Positions 48,462 through 58,935 of a stretch of 64,000 nucleotides of DNA are shown piece by piece (position 1 is the first letter of the stretch; each line of letters opens with the position of its first letter). The stretch comes from Escherichia coli phage AZ21, in sequence record LC788708.1; one strand, 5' to 3'. Both the position numbers and the translations under genes were made by a program. The notes beneath the pieces were generated by a model. It searched no databases, was not told where the DNA came from, and saw only the letters and a program-made list of their open reading frames with translations.

Positions 48462-49777
48462 TGAAAGTCTCTAGAGATTATATTAACACCACAGATGTTA
48501 TTGACTTTGGTATTGACAAACGATTTTTTCGTCTGCCAGTCTCTAGCATTCTAGCTCAAGAGGGGATTACACCTAACGCCCCTCAGGTTGCAATTATTAA
48601 TGCGTTAGAAGATCCTAGACACCGTTTCGTAACTGCGTGTGTATCACGTCGTGTAGGTAAGTCATTCATCGCATATACACTTGGGTTCCTAAAACTTCTG
48701 GAACCCAATGTGAAGGTGCTGGTAGTTGCACCTAACTACTCACTGGCTAACATAGGTTGGTCACAGATTCGTGGTCTTATTAAGAAGTATGGATTACAGA
48801 CTGAACGTGAGAACGCAAAAGATAAAGAGATTGAACTAGCGAATGGTTCTCTCTTTAAGCTGGCTTCTGCGGCGCAGGCTGACTCCGCGGTTGGTCGTTC
48901 ATATGACTTCATCATTTTTGACGAAGCAGCGATTTCCGACGTTGGTGGTGCAGCTTTCGATATTCAGTTACGTCCTACTCTAGATAAGCCAAACTCTAAA
49001 GCTCTGTTTATTTCCACACCTCGTGGTGGTAACTGGTTTAAAGAGTTCTATGAGAAAGGATTTAACGAAACTCTACCTAACTGGGTATCTATTCATGGTA
49101 CATATCGTGATAACCCACGTGCTGATCTGAACGATATCGAAGAAGCGCGTCGTACTGTTAGTAAAAACTACTTCCGTCAAGAATATGAGGCTGACTTCTC
49201 TGTATTCGAAGGTCAGATCTTTGACACCTTCAATGCTATCGAACATGTTAAAGACCTCAAAGGTATGCGCCACTTCTTTAAAGATGATGAGGCTTTCGAA
49301 ACATTACTTGGTATCGACGTTGGTTATCGTGACCCTACAGCAGTTCTTACTATCAAGTATCACTATGATACTGATGTTTATTACGTACTGGAAGAATATC
49401 AGCAAGCTGAAAAGACTACAGCTCAACACGCTGCTTATATCCAACACTGCATAGATCGTTATAATGTTGATCGTATATTTGTAGACTCCGCCGCTGCTCA
49501 GTTCCGTCAGGACTTAGCATATGAACATGAAATCGCTTCTGCTCCTGCTAAGAAATCTGTCCTAGATGGTCTGGCATGCCTACAAGCACTGTTCCAGCAA
49601 GGTAAGATCATCGTAGATGCTTCATGTACCTCATTGATCCACGCCCTAGCGAACTACAGGTGGGACTTCCAGGAGGGCGAAGAGAAATTATCACGTGAAA
49701 AACCACGTCATGATGCGAACTCTCACCTTTGTGACGCACTGCGTTATGGAATTTACTCAATTTCCCGTGGGAAATAA
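48461..49777 (+). CDS. terminase large subunit
   Basis: 438 aa. Walker A-like RRVGKS, Walker B IIFDEAA, and C-terminal nuclease Asp residues (FVDSAA, HLCDALRY). Confidence 0.88.
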   Translation: MKVSRDYINTTDVIDFGIDKRFFRLPVSSILAQEGITPNAPQVAIINALEDPRHRFVTACVSRRVGKSFIAYTLGFLKLLEPNVKVLVVAPNYSLANIGWSQIRGLIKKYGLQTERENAKDKEIELANGSLFKLASAAQADSAVGRSYDFIIFDEAAISDVGGAAFDIQLRPTLDKPNSKALFISTPRGGNWFKEFYEKGFNETLPNWVSIHGTYRDNPRADLNDIEEARRTVSKNYFRQEYEADFSVFEGQIFDTFNAIEHVKDLKGMRHFFKDDEAFETLLGIDVGYRDPTAVLTIKYHYDTDVYYVLEEYQQAEKTTAQHAAYIQHCIDRYNVDRIFVDSAAAQFRQDLAYEHEIASAPAKKSVLDGLACLQALFQQGKIIVDASCTSLIHALANYRWDFQEGEEKLSREKPRHDANSHLCDALRYGIYSISRGK

Positions 49778-49836
49778 ATAAGTATAGGATGGGATACTAC
49801 TCAGTTGGTATCCCATTCCTGCATTTTAAAATCCCC

Positions 49837-49865
49837 TTTACAAATTCGACATGATTATGTATACT
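49837..49865 (+). promoter_or_regulatory. promoter of the endonuclease insert
   Basis: TTTACA, 17 nt, TATACT. Confidence 0.5.
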
Positions 49866-49948
49866 ATATTCATTGATCGGGAGAACTTCTCCCCTAATAG
49901 AACGTAAACAAGAAAAATTAGTGCTCTATACGGAGTGTAGGAGATTCT

Positions 49949-50623
49949 ATGGGTCGACAAAAGCTAACAATAAAAGATATAAATACTAGATTAGCTGATC
50001 GTGGAATCCAAATTGTCGGTGAATATGTAAACCAACGTACAAAAACAGTATTTAAGTGCCAAAGAGCACACGTTTGGGAAGCAACGCCACATTCTATACT
50101 CCATATTAAGAGGGGTTGCCCACACTGCGCACCTAATACTATATTGCTAGATGAAGTTAATAACAGGATATCCAGTATAGGGTATACACTGTTAAATAAC
50201 TATACTAATGCAAAAACAAAACTACATCTACGCTGTAATAATGGTCATGAATGCGATATTACCTTAGATGGGTTGACGCAAGGTAGAAGATGTCCTTATT
50301 GCTCCCTTAAATGGGATAATGGTGGATTTCTCTATATCATGTCCTCTTCTAGGGGTACTAAAGTAGGTATAGGTTTATACCCCGAGAAGCGATTGAACGA
50401 GGTTAAAAGAGAGTCTGGATTTTCAGATCTATACTTATTTACCACGTATCACTTACCTGATAGAGAAACTGCTCTAGATTTAGAAAAAGAAGTCCATAGA
50501 GAATATTATAATAAAAACTGTGGGTTTTCAAAATTTACAGGAAGCACAGAATTTTTTAATGTTGCTCCAGAGGATATAGTAGTCTTTCTAAGTAACTTTG
50601 GATTGGAGGAATATGGCCACTAA
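49949..50623 (+). CDS. T5orf172/GIY-YIG-like putative homing endonuclease with zinc-ribbon repeats
   Basis: Two CxxC...CPxC modules, then GFLYIM...GTKVGIG...R..E motif. Confidence 0.65.
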   Translation: MGRQKLTIKDINTRLADRGIQIVGEYVNQRTKTVFKCQRAHVWEATPHSILHIKRGCPHCAPNTILLDEVNNRISSIGYTLLNNYTNAKTKLHLRCNNGHECDITLDGLTQGRRCPYCSLKWDNGGFLYIMSSSRGTKVGIGLYPEKRLNEVKRESGFSDLYLFTTYHLPDRETALDLEKEVHREYYNKNCGFSKFTGSTEFFNVAPEDIVVFLSNFGLEEYGH

Positions 50624-51050
50624 TACTAAGTACAAACGTGATGCCATTTCCATAATGAGGGATGGTATAAAATCTAGGTATAGTAAGGATGGTTGCTGTG
50701 CTATATGCGGTAGTGATGAAGCCCTAGAACTTCATCACTATCATACTATATCTCAACTAATTAAAAATTTTGCTAAAGAACTCCAGCTGGATTTCACTGA
50801 TGAGAATATCGTCCTTTCAAATAGGGAAGCATTCTATAAGAAATATGAGCATGAATTAGTTAGAGACGTAGTAACATTATGCCAGCATCATCACCAATTA
50901 TTACATAAGGTTTACACAAAAGAACCTCCTTTATTTTCTGCTAATAAGCAAAAAGTGTGGGTTCAAAAGCAGAAAGACAAATTACAGAATCCTCAAGAAA
51001 AGACACAAGTCAAGACTGAAACAAAATCAGGATTCGCAAGGTTCTTATAA
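50613..51050 (+). CDS. HNH endonuclease
   Basis: CAICGS...LELHHYH...CQHHHQLLH (HNH with a zinc-finger frame). Confidence 0.8.
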   Translation: MATNTKYKRDAISIMRDGIKSRYSKDGCCAICGSDEALELHHYHTISQLIKNFAKELQLDFTDENIVLSNREAFYKKYEHELVRDVVTLCQHHHQLLHKVYTKEPPLFSANKQKVWVQKQKDKLQNPQEKTQVKTETKSGFARFL

Positions 51051-52267
51051 TGGGTTTTAAAAGCTGGATTACTGAAAAGCTAAATCCGGGTCAACGTATT
51101 ATAAGAGACATGGAACCAGTTAGTCATCGCACTAACCGTAAGCCTTTTACCACTGGACAAGCCTACAGTAAAATTGAGATTCTCAATAGAACTGCTAATA
51201 TGGTTATAGATAGTGCGGCGGAGTGTTCTTATACTGTCGGAGATAAATATAATATTGTCACGTATGCCAATGGCATCAAGGCAAAGACTCTAGACACTCT
51301 CTTAAATGTACGACCTAATCCATTCATGGATATAAGCACATTCCGTAGACTTGTAGTCACTGACCTACTTTTTGAAGGTTGTGCATACATCTATTGGGAT
51401 GGCACAGCACTTTACCATGTCCCTGCTGCACTAATGCAAGTAGAGGCAGATGCCAATAAGTTTATCAAAAAATTTATATTTAATAACCAGATAGACTATC
51501 GCGTAGATGAGATTATCTTTATAAAGGATAACAGTTACGTGTGTGGCACAAATTCTCAAATTTCTGGACAATCTCGTGTTGCTACTGTTATTGATTCTCT
51601 TGAGAAGCGTTCTAAGATGCTTAACTTTAAAGAGAAGTTCCTAGATAACGGAACCGTGATTGGTCTTATTCTTGAGACGGATGAAATCCTGAACAAGAAA
51701 TTGCGTGAGCGTAAACAAGAAGAATTACAACTAGATTATAATCCTAGTACTGGTCAGTCCTCTGTCCTGATTCTAGATGGTGGTATGAAAGCTAAACCGT
51801 ACTCCCAAATATCCTCTTTTAAAGATCTAGACTTTAAGGAAGACATTGAAGGATTTAATAAATCTATCTGTCTAGCCTTTGGTGTTCCGCAAGTGCTACT
51901 TGATGGTGGTAATAATGCGAACATTAGACCAAATATCGAACTGTTCTATTATATGACTATCATCCCTATGCTGAACAAGCTGACTAGTTCTCTTACTTTC
52001 TTTTTTGGTTATAAGATTACTCCTAATACTAAGGAAGTAGCTGCATTAACACCAGATAAAGAATCTGAGGCTAAACATTTAACCTCATTGGTTAATAATG
52101 GTATTATAACTGGTAATGAAGCTCGCTTAGAGCTGAACCTTGAACCTTTAGATGATGAGCAGATGAATAAGATTCGTATTCCTGCTAACGTTGCTGGTTC
52201 TGCAACAGGTGTATCCGGTCAAGAAGGTGGTAGACCTCAAGGTTCCACCGAGGGAGATAAAGAATGA
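51050..52267 (+). CDS. portal protein (pb7)
   Basis: 405 aa. Synteny terminase-portal-protease-capsid. Confidence 0.85.
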   Translation: MGFKSWITEKLNPGQRIIRDMEPVSHRTNRKPFTTGQAYSKIEILNRTANMVIDSAAECSYTVGDKYNIVTYANGIKAKTLDTLLNVRPNPFMDISTFRRLVVTDLLFEGCAYIYWDGTALYHVPAALMQVEADANKFIKKFIFNNQIDYRVDEIIFIKDNSYVCGTNSQISGQSRVATVIDSLEKRSKMLNFKEKFLDNGTVIGLILETDEILNKKLRERKQEELQLDYNPSTGQSSVLILDGGMKAKPYSQISSFKDLDFKEDIEGFNKSICLAFGVPQVLLDGGNNANIRPNIELFYYMTIIPMLNKLTSSLTFFFGYKITPNTKEVAALTPDKESEAKHLTSLVNNGIITGNEARLELNLEPLDDEQMNKIRIPANVAGSATGVSGQEGGRPQGSTEGDKE

Positions 52268-52752
52268 TTGATTATAGTGGTCTAAAGACCATTTTTGGAG
52301 AAAAACTGCCAGAATCTCATATCTTCTTTGCTACGGTTGCTGCGCATAAATATGTTCCTAGCTATGCTTTTCTGCGTAGAGAACTAGGACTTTCATCTGC
52401 GCATACTAACCGTAAAGTATGGAAGAAATTTGTAGAGGCTTATGGTAAGGCTGGTCCAGTAGACGTTGTCCCTGGAGCCCCTACGTTGCAGGTAACTCCG
52501 GGTGAAAATTCAGTAACTTATATAATTACTGAGGGTACTAATACCGACTCACCAATCACCCAGTATAAAGTATACTATACTGATGGGGTTACTGCGAAAA
52601 CCTATAACTCTGGATCTTCTAAAACAGGTACTATTCCTACCTTAGAAGCAAAAGAGTATACTTTCCAGGCAGTAGCTGTTAATGGGGCGGGAGAATCTCC
52701 TAAGTCTACAGCAGTAAAAGCTACCCCAACTGCACCTGGTGTTGGAGGCTAA
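52264..52752 (+). CDS. capsid decoration protein (pb10-like) with a C-terminal FN3/Ig-like domain
   Basis: 162 aa. Sits between portal and protease. C-terminal beta-sandwich-like repeat PGAPTL..Y.V.Y......S...... Confidence 0.55.
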   Translation: MIDYSGLKTIFGEKLPESHIFFATVAAHKYVPSYAFLRRELGLSSAHTNRKVWKKFVEAYGKAGPVDVVPGAPTLQVTPGENSVTYIITEGTNTDSPITQYKVYYTDGVTAKTYNSGSSKTGTIPTLEAKEYTFQAVAVNGAGESPKSTAVKATPTAPGVGG

Positions 52753-52755
52753 TAA

Positions 52756-53388
52756 ATGACACAAGCTGCTATTGACTATAACAAGTTAAAATCAGCACCG
52801 GTTCATTTAGATGCTTATATTAAATCTATTGATAGCGAATCCAAAGAGGGTGTTGTAAAAATCCGTGGATTCGCTAATACAATTAGTAAAGATCGCGCTG
52901 GTGATGTAATTCCTGCTTCGGCATGGAAAACATCTAATGCACTTGCTAACTACATGAAAAACCCGATTATTCTTTTCGGACATGACCATCGTCGTCCAAT
53001 CGGCAAGTGTATTGATCTTAACCCTACTGAAATGGGTCTCGAAATCGAATGCGAGATCTATGAAAGTTCTGATCCGGCTATCTTTTCACTAATTAAAAAC
53101 GGTGTACTGAAAACTTTTAGTATCGGATTCCGCTGCCTAGATGCAGAGTGGGATGAAGCTACTGATATATTTATTATTAAAGATTTAGAACTATACGAAG
53201 TTTCGGTAGTTTCTGTACCTTGTAATCAGGACTCAACATTCAACCTCGCTAAGAGTATGAATGGTCATGATTATACTGAATGGCGTAAATCTTTTACTGC
53301 AATAAGTTCTAAAGCTGTCCCAGCTCAAGAACGTAATCTTTCTGAACTAGAAAAACTTGCGATAGCTTTAGGCTACGTTAAAGAATAA
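52756..53388 (+). CDS. prohead protease (pb11)
   Basis: 210 aa, HK97-type S78-like. Immediately upstream of the major capsid gene. Confidence 0.8.
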   Translation: MTQAAIDYNKLKSAPVHLDAYIKSIDSESKEGVVKIRGFANTISKDRAGDVIPASAWKTSNALANYMKNPIILFGHDHRRPIGKCIDLNPTEMGLEIECEIYESSDPAIFSLIKNGVLKTFSIGFRCLDAEWDEATDIFIIKDLELYEVSVVSVPCNQDSTFNLAKSMNGHDYTEWRKSFTAISSKAVPAQERNLSELEKLAIALGYVKE

Positions 53389-53405
53389 CGGAGAATTATT
53401 TAAAA

Positions 53406-54782
53406 ATGACTATTGATATTAATAAGCTGAAAGAAGAACTTGGTCTGGGTGATCTGGCTAAATCTCTGGAAGGTCTGACCGCTGCTCAGAAAGCTGCTGA
53501 AGCTGAACGTATGCGTAAAGAGCAGGAAGAAAAAGAACTGGCTCGTATGAATGATCTGGTTTCTAAAGCAGTTGGCGAAGATCGTCAGAAGCTAGAAGAA
53601 GCTCTGGAACTGGTTAAATCCCTGGATGAAAAATCTAAGAAGAGCGCAGAACTGTTTGCACAGACTGTAGAAAAACAGCAGGAAACTATTGTTGGTCTTC
53701 AGGACGAAATCAAATCTCTGCTAGCAGCTCGTGAAGGTCGTTCCTTCGTCGGTGATAGCGTAGCTAAAGCACTGTATGGTACTCAAGAAAACTTTGAAGA
53801 CGAAGTGGAGAAACTGGTTCTTCTGTCCTACGTGATGGAAAAAGGTGTATTTGATACCGAACATGGCCAGAGACACCTGAAAGCTGTAAACCAGTCCTCT
53901 TTAGTAGAAGTTTCTAGTGAAAGCTATGAAACTATTTTCTCCCAGCGTATTATTCGTGATCTGCAGAAAGAACTGGTAGTTGGTGCACTGTTCGAAGAAT
54001 TGCCGATGTCCAGCAAATTGCTGACTATGCTGGTTGAACCAGAAGCTGGTAAAGCTACTTGGGTAGATGCTAGTGCATATGGTACTGATGCTACTACTGG
54101 TGACGAAGTTAAAGGTGCTCTGACTGAAATTCAGTTCAAAACCTATAAACTGGCTGCTAAGTCCTTCATTACTGATGAAACTGAAGAAGATGCAATCTTC
54201 TCCCTGCTACCGTTGCTGCGTAAGCGTCTGATTGAAGCACACGCTGTTTCTATCGAAGAAGCATTTATGACTGGTGACGGTACTGGTAAGCCTAAGGGTC
54301 TGCTGAAACTGGCTGAAGGCGATAAGGCTAAAGTTATTACTGAAGCTAAAGCTGATGGTTCTGTTCTGGTAACTGCTAAAACTATCTCTAAACTGCGTCG
54401 TAAACTGGGCCGTCATGGTCTGAAACTGAGCAAACTGGTACTGATCGTATCTATGGATGCTTATTACGATCTGCTGGAAGATGAAGAATGGCAGGATGTT
54501 GCCCAGGTTGGTAACGATGCTGTTAAACTGCAAGGTCAGGTTGGTCGTATTTACGGTCTGCCGGTTGTAGTTTCTGAGTTCTTCCCGGCTAAAGCTAACT
54601 CTGCAGAGTTCGCAGTTATTGTTTATAAAGATAACTTCGTAATGCCGCGTCAGCGTGCTGTTACTGTTGAACGTGAGCGCCAAGCTGGTAAACAACGTGA
54701 TGCGTACTACGTTACTCAGCGTGTTAACCTGCAACGTTACTTCGAAAACGGCGTTGTATCCGGTACTTACGCTGCATCTTAA
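53406..54782 (+). CDS. major capsid protein precursor (pb8)
   Basis: 458 aa. Coiled-coil delta domain followed by an HK97-fold-sized body. Strong codon bias. Confidence 0.9.
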   Translation: MTIDINKLKEELGLGDLAKSLEGLTAAQKAAEAERMRKEQEEKELARMNDLVSKAVGEDRQKLEEALELVKSLDEKSKKSAELFAQTVEKQQETIVGLQDEIKSLLAAREGRSFVGDSVAKALYGTQENFEDEVEKLVLLSYVMEKGVFDTEHGQRHLKAVNQSSLVEVSSESYETIFSQRIIRDLQKELVVGALFEELPMSSKLLTMLVEPEAGKATWVDASAYGTDATTGDEVKGALTEIQFKTYKLAAKSFITDETEEDAIFSLLPLLRKRLIEAHAVSIEEAFMTGDGTGKPKGLLKLAEGDKAKVITEAKADGSVLVTAKTISKLRRKLGRHGLKLSKLVLIVSMDAYYDLLEDEEWQDVAQVGNDAVKLQGQVGRIYGLPVVVSEFFPAKANSAEFAVIVYKDNFVMPRQRAVTVERERQAGKQRDAYYVTQRVNLQRYFENGVVSGTYAAS

Positions 54783-54801
54783 TACAGGCTTTTCAGCCGA
54801 T

Positions 54802-54841
54802 AAGGAGAGCTTCGGCTCTCCTTTTTTATTGGGAAAAATAA
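54802..54841 (+). terminator. terminator plus conserved late-gene leader motif
   Basis: AAGGAGAGC-ttcg-GCTCTCCTT then TTTTTTATTGGGAAAAATAAA abutting ATG 54842. Confidence 0.75.
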
Positions 54842-55354
54842 ATGCAAATCATCACAGCCGAAGATTATAGATTATATGGTGGTTTAAAACGACCTGAATT
54901 AGAATCTGGTGTAGAAATGATGATTACTGCTGCCAATGCGCTGATTACGAGCCTTCTAGGCATGGATGATGCTGATGCGGTAGACCAGTTAATCAATACA
55001 AAACCTACACGTAGGAAATATTTTCTGAGCTCACCATCTGCTACCTCCGTAACTAAAGTGACGATTAACGATAATGAGATTGACCCAGAGCAGTATAAGC
55101 TATACTCTGATGGTATTATCCTTCTCAAATTTAATCCTCCAGAAGGTTATATGGATGTAGCATATACACAAGGTGGATTCAATCCAATACCTGAAGATCT
55201 CAAACTTGCAGCATGTATGTTAGTAGATCATTGGCACAAACAAGATTACCGCCAAGCTAAAACAATTGGTGGTGAAACAGTAACCTTCAATAGCACTAAG
55301 TCTGGTATCCCAGAGCATATTCGTACTATTATTGAAGTGTATAGGAGAGTATAA
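54842..55354 (+). CDS. head completion/adaptor protein
   Basis: 170 aa. First gene after the capsid terminator. Called from synteny with T5. Confidence 0.6.
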   Translation: MQIITAEDYRLYGGLKRPELESGVEMMITAANALITSLLGMDDADAVDQLINTKPTRRKYFLSSPSATSVTKVTINDNEIDPEQYKLYSDGIILLKFNPPEGYMDVAYTQGGFNPIPEDLKLAACMLVDHWHKQDYRQAKTIGGETVTFNSTKSGIPEHIRTIIEVYRRV

Positions 55355-56121
55355 TGTCTCTTTCCGATCTAGCTAAACAAATTATTAAAGAGCAGCTAGA
55401 TACTGCAGGACGATCTGAAAATAATAAGAATACTGTTGTGTATTCTGTTGAGACAGGGTTAAAAGATCCTACCAGAGATGGTACTGTTGCTCAAGTATCT
55501 TTTAAGTTTTCAAAACCCGTATCACAAGATCTTCTTGATGTTAGAACAGCCTCTATACTAAAAGCAGTATCCTCTAGTTTAGATCTTTCGGGGGATTTAG
55601 GTGCTCTAGAGAACTTAATACAAGCAACCGCGGGTAAAAAATCCTCTGTAGGTAAAAAACGTTCTACAGGCAGAGTACAGGTAAACTTTGGGGATCCTAG
55701 AGACGTAGAGGATGGATACTCAGGTGCAATAACAGGTGCTTCCGGACGTTTTGTATCAAATAGCAATATGAAGGTTATATTAGAGATAGTTGCTAAAGAG
55801 TACTTAATAAAGGATATGAAAAAGACAGGAGCGCCATTAAAATTTAGAACTGGCAGGTTTGCAAATTCTCTGAAAATTAAGGATGTTATGCTTAGAGATG
55901 CAGAGACTAGTAAAGGTGCTCCTGAATTAAACGTGACGTATAATTATATGGTACGTCCATATTCTGTATTTAATCCAGCAGTATCTACATATCGAAGATT
56001 ATCTCTACGACCTTACCCAGGCGCTAGAAACCCCCAAAAACTTATTGGTGAGGCTATAGCAAAAGCTGCAAGAGACCTGATTCACTCTAGATATAAAATC
56101 AAGGTTAATCAAGGAACCTAA
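55354..56121 (+). CDS. head-tail joining / tail completion protein
   Basis: 255 aa. TAATG coupling. Called from synteny. Confidence 0.55.
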   Translation: MSLSDLAKQIIKEQLDTAGRSENNKNTVVYSVETGLKDPTRDGTVAQVSFKFSKPVSQDLLDVRTASILKAVSSSLDLSGDLGALENLIQATAGKKSSVGKKRSTGRVQVNFGDPRDVEDGYSGAITGASGRFVSNSNMKVILEIVAKEYLIKDMKKTGAPLKFRTGRFANSLKIKDVMLRDAETSKGAPELNVTYNYMVRPYSVFNPAVSTYRRLSLRPYPGARNPQKLIGEAIAKAARDLIHSRYKIKVNQGT

Positions 56122-56124
56122 TAA

Positions 56125-56610
56125 ATGGATTATAGAACAAGTATTGCACAAGCTCTGGTTGACCGTATATCTAAACAGTTGGATGGTTCTCAACCTGACG
56201 AATATTTTAATAACCTATATGGAAACGTTTCTCGTCAAACTTATAAATTTGAGGAAATACGAGAGTTTCCTTATGTGGCAGTTCATATCGGAACTGAAAC
56301 TGGGCAGTATCTTCCTTCGGGCCAACAGTGGATGTTTTTAGAACTTCCAATCCTGGTGTACGATAAAGAGAAAACAGACATTCAAGAGCAACTTGAAAAA
56401 CTCGTAGCGGATATAAAAACCGTTATTGACACAGGTGGAAATTTAGAATATACTGTTAGTAAACCTAATGGATCGACCTTCCCATGTGAGGCAACTGATA
56501 TGATCATTACATCAGTTAATACAGATGAGGGTCTACTGGCCCCATATGGTTTAGCAGAAATAAATGTAACAGTGAGGTATCAGCCTCCACGTAGGTCACT
56601 TCGCAGATAA
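56125..56610 (+). CDS. tail terminator protein (p142-like)
   Basis: 161 aa, directly upstream of the tail tube gene. Confidence 0.6.
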   Translation: MDYRTSIAQALVDRISKQLDGSQPDEYFNNLYGNVSRQTYKFEEIREFPYVAVHIGTETGQYLPSGQQWMFLELPILVYDKEKTDIQEQLEKLVADIKTVIDTGGNLEYTVSKPNGSTFPCEATDMIITSVNTDEGLLAPYGLAEINVTVRYQPPRRSLRR

Positions 56611-56636
56611 GTTACAGATTAGGAGAAAATAATTAA

Positions 56637-58031
56637 ATGTCTTTACAACTATTACGTAATACTCGAATCTTCGTGTCTACGGTTAAGACTGGTCATAATA
56701 AGACCAACACGCAAGAGATTCTAGTTCAGGATGATATTTCTTGGGGTCAGGACAGTAACTCAACAGATATTACTGTTAATGAAGCTGGTCCGCGTCCAAC
56801 TCGTGGTTCTAAACGTTTTAACGACTCTTTAAACGCGGCTGAGTGGAGTTTCTCTACTTACATCCTGCCCTATATCAATAAAGATGATCAGAAGCAAATC
56901 GTTCCTGACTATATGTTATGGCATGCACTTTCTAGTGGTAAAGCTATTAACTTAGAAGGTAATACAGGGGCACACAATAACGAGGCTAACTTCATGGTTA
57001 ACTTCAAAGATAACTCCTATCATGAGTTAGCAATGTTACATATTTATATTCTGACTGATAAAGCATGGAGTTATATCGATTCCTGTCAGATTAATCAGGC
57101 AGAAGTTAACGTTGATATCGAAGATATTGGCCGTGTAACTTGGTCCGGTAATGGTAATCAGCTTATTCCTCTGGATGAGCAACCATTTGACCCAGATGAG
57201 TTAGGTATTGATGATGAAACTTATATGACTATCCAGGGTTCTTATATTAAGAACAAACTAACGATCTTGAAGATCAAGGATATGGATACCAATAAGTCTT
57301 ATGACATACCTATTACTGGTGGTACTTTCACCATTAATAATAACATCACGTATCTAACCCCGAATATTATGTCCCGTGTAAATATTCCGATCGGTTCATT
57401 TACTGGCGCATTTGAACTAACTGGTTCATTAACTGCTTATCTGAATGATAAATCTCTTGGTTCTATGGAGCTGTATAAAGATCTTATCAAAACTCTGAAG
57501 GTAGTTAACCGCTTCGAAATTGCTCTAGTACTTGGTGGTGAATACGATGAAGAACGTCCTGCGGCTATTTTGGTAGCTAAACAAGCACACGTTAATATTC
57601 CTACTATTGAAACTGATGATGTACTTGGTACTTCAGTAGAGTTTAAAGCTATTCCATCTGATCTGGATGCTGGTGATGAAGGTTACTTAGGCTTCTCTAG
57701 TAAATATACCAAAACAACTATTAATAACTTGATTGTTAATGGTGATGGTGCTACTAATGCTGTAACCGCAATTACTGTTAAATCTGCTGGTGATGTTACT
57801 ACAGTAAATAACTCGGCTACTCTTCAAATGAGTGTTGAAATTACTCCTTCTTCCGCAAAGAATAAAGAAGTTACTTGGGCTATCACTGCTGGTGATGCAG
57901 CTACTATCAATGCAGCAGGACTATTAACAGCCCATGCTAGTAAAACAGGTGCGGTAACTGTTGAAGCTACAGCTAAGGATGGTTCTGGAGTTAAAGGTAC
58001 TAAACAGATTACTGTAACAGCAGGTGGTTAA
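56637..58031 (+). CDS. tail tube protein pb6 with a C-terminal Big_2 Ig-like domain
   Basis: 464 aa, the T5 pb6 length by recall. The C-terminus AVTAITVKSAG...EVTW.ITAGDAATI...G.LTA...G.VTV.A resembles Big_2. Confidence 0.85.
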   Translation: MSLQLLRNTRIFVSTVKTGHNKTNTQEILVQDDISWGQDSNSTDITVNEAGPRPTRGSKRFNDSLNAAEWSFSTYILPYINKDDQKQIVPDYMLWHALSSGKAINLEGNTGAHNNEANFMVNFKDNSYHELAMLHIYILTDKAWSYIDSCQINQAEVNVDIEDIGRVTWSGNGNQLIPLDEQPFDPDELGIDDETYMTIQGSYIKNKLTILKIKDMDTNKSYDIPITGGTFTINNNITYLTPNIMSRVNIPIGSFTGAFELTGSLTAYLNDKSLGSMELYKDLIKTLKVVNRFEIALVLGGEYDEERPAAILVAKQAHVNIPTIETDDVLGTSVEFKAIPSDLDAGDEGYLGFSSKYTKTTINNLIVNGDGATNAVTAITVKSAGDVTTVNNSATLQMSVEITPSSAKNKEVTWAITAGDAATINAAGLLTAHASKTGAVTVEATAKDGSGVKGTKQITVTAGG

Positions 58032-58035
58032 TTAA

Positions 58036-58935
58036 ATGTACTACTCTCTAATGAGAGAGTCAAAAGTTATAGTTGAGTATGATGGTAGGGCATTTCATTT
58101 TGATGCCCTATCAAACTATGATATACAGACTTCCTACGAGGAATTCAAGACTCTTCGTAGGACTGTTCATCGTAGAACTAACTATGCAGACTCTATTATA
58201 AATGCTCAAACTCCCTCTTCTATCTCTCTAGCCGTAAATTTCAGTAATACTCTTACGGAGGCTAACTTCTTTGAATGGTTAGGTTTTGATAGAAAAGGTA
58301 ATACTTTCTTACTCCCACTATATAGTAGTAATATTGAACCTATTATGTTCAATATCTATATAGTAAACAAAGATAGTAACTGTGTATATTTTGAAAACTG
58401 TTATGTATCTACGGTAGATTTTTCTTTAGATAAGAACATACCAATTCTTAATGTTGGTATTGAGTCTGGGAAATTCTCAGAAGTATCTACCTATAGAGAA
58501 GCAGCTTCTATTATACAGGGTGAAGTAATGTCTTACAGCCCAGTAATAGCTTCTACTAATGGCAGCATCTTACCAGGTCTTATTTCTGCCTCTTTATCTT
58601 TCCAACAGCAGTGTTCCTGGAGAGAGGATAAGAGTGTTTTTGATATAAATAAAATTTATAATAATAAAAGAGCCTATGTAACTGAAATGAATGCTTCGGC
58701 AACCATTTCTCTATACTACTTAAAACGTTTTGCAGGAGATATGGTTTATAATATAGAACCGGAGATAGATATACCTTTAACAATAAGAAATAATAATATT
58801 TCTATAGATTTTCCTTCAGCACGTATTACAAAACGCCTAGATTTCTCAGATGTGTATAGAGTTGAGTGGGATATTATACCTACTGCTTCTTCAGACCCAG
58901 TGAGAATAGATTTCTTTGGAGAAATTAAAAAATGA
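58036..58935 (+). CDS. minor tail protein (p140-like)
   Basis: 299 aa. Lies between the tube and chaperone genes. Confidence 0.6.
   Translation: MYYSLMRESKVIVEYDGRAFHFDALSNYDIQTSYEEFKTLRRTVHRRTNYADSIINAQTPSSISLAVNFSNTLTEANFFEWLGFDRKGNTFLLPLYSSNIEPIMFNIYIVNKDSNCVYFENCYVSTVDFSLDKNIPILNVGIESGKFSEVSTYREAASIIQGEVMSYSPVIASTNGSILPGLISASLSFQQQCSWREDKSVFDINKIYNNKRAYVTEMNASATISLYYLKRFAGDMVYNIEPEIDIPLTIRNNNISIDFPSARITKRLDFSDVYRVEWDIIPTASSDPVRIDFFGEIKK

Noticed and set aside
54207-54734. 175-aa minus-strand ORF antisense to the major capsid gene, plus similar ORFs inside the tape measure gene (60122-60436, 60271-60474, 62206-62388, 62321-62584)
   Set aside because: They are a consequence of strong codon bias and Ala-rich repeats in the sense genes. 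Their products are low-complexity.
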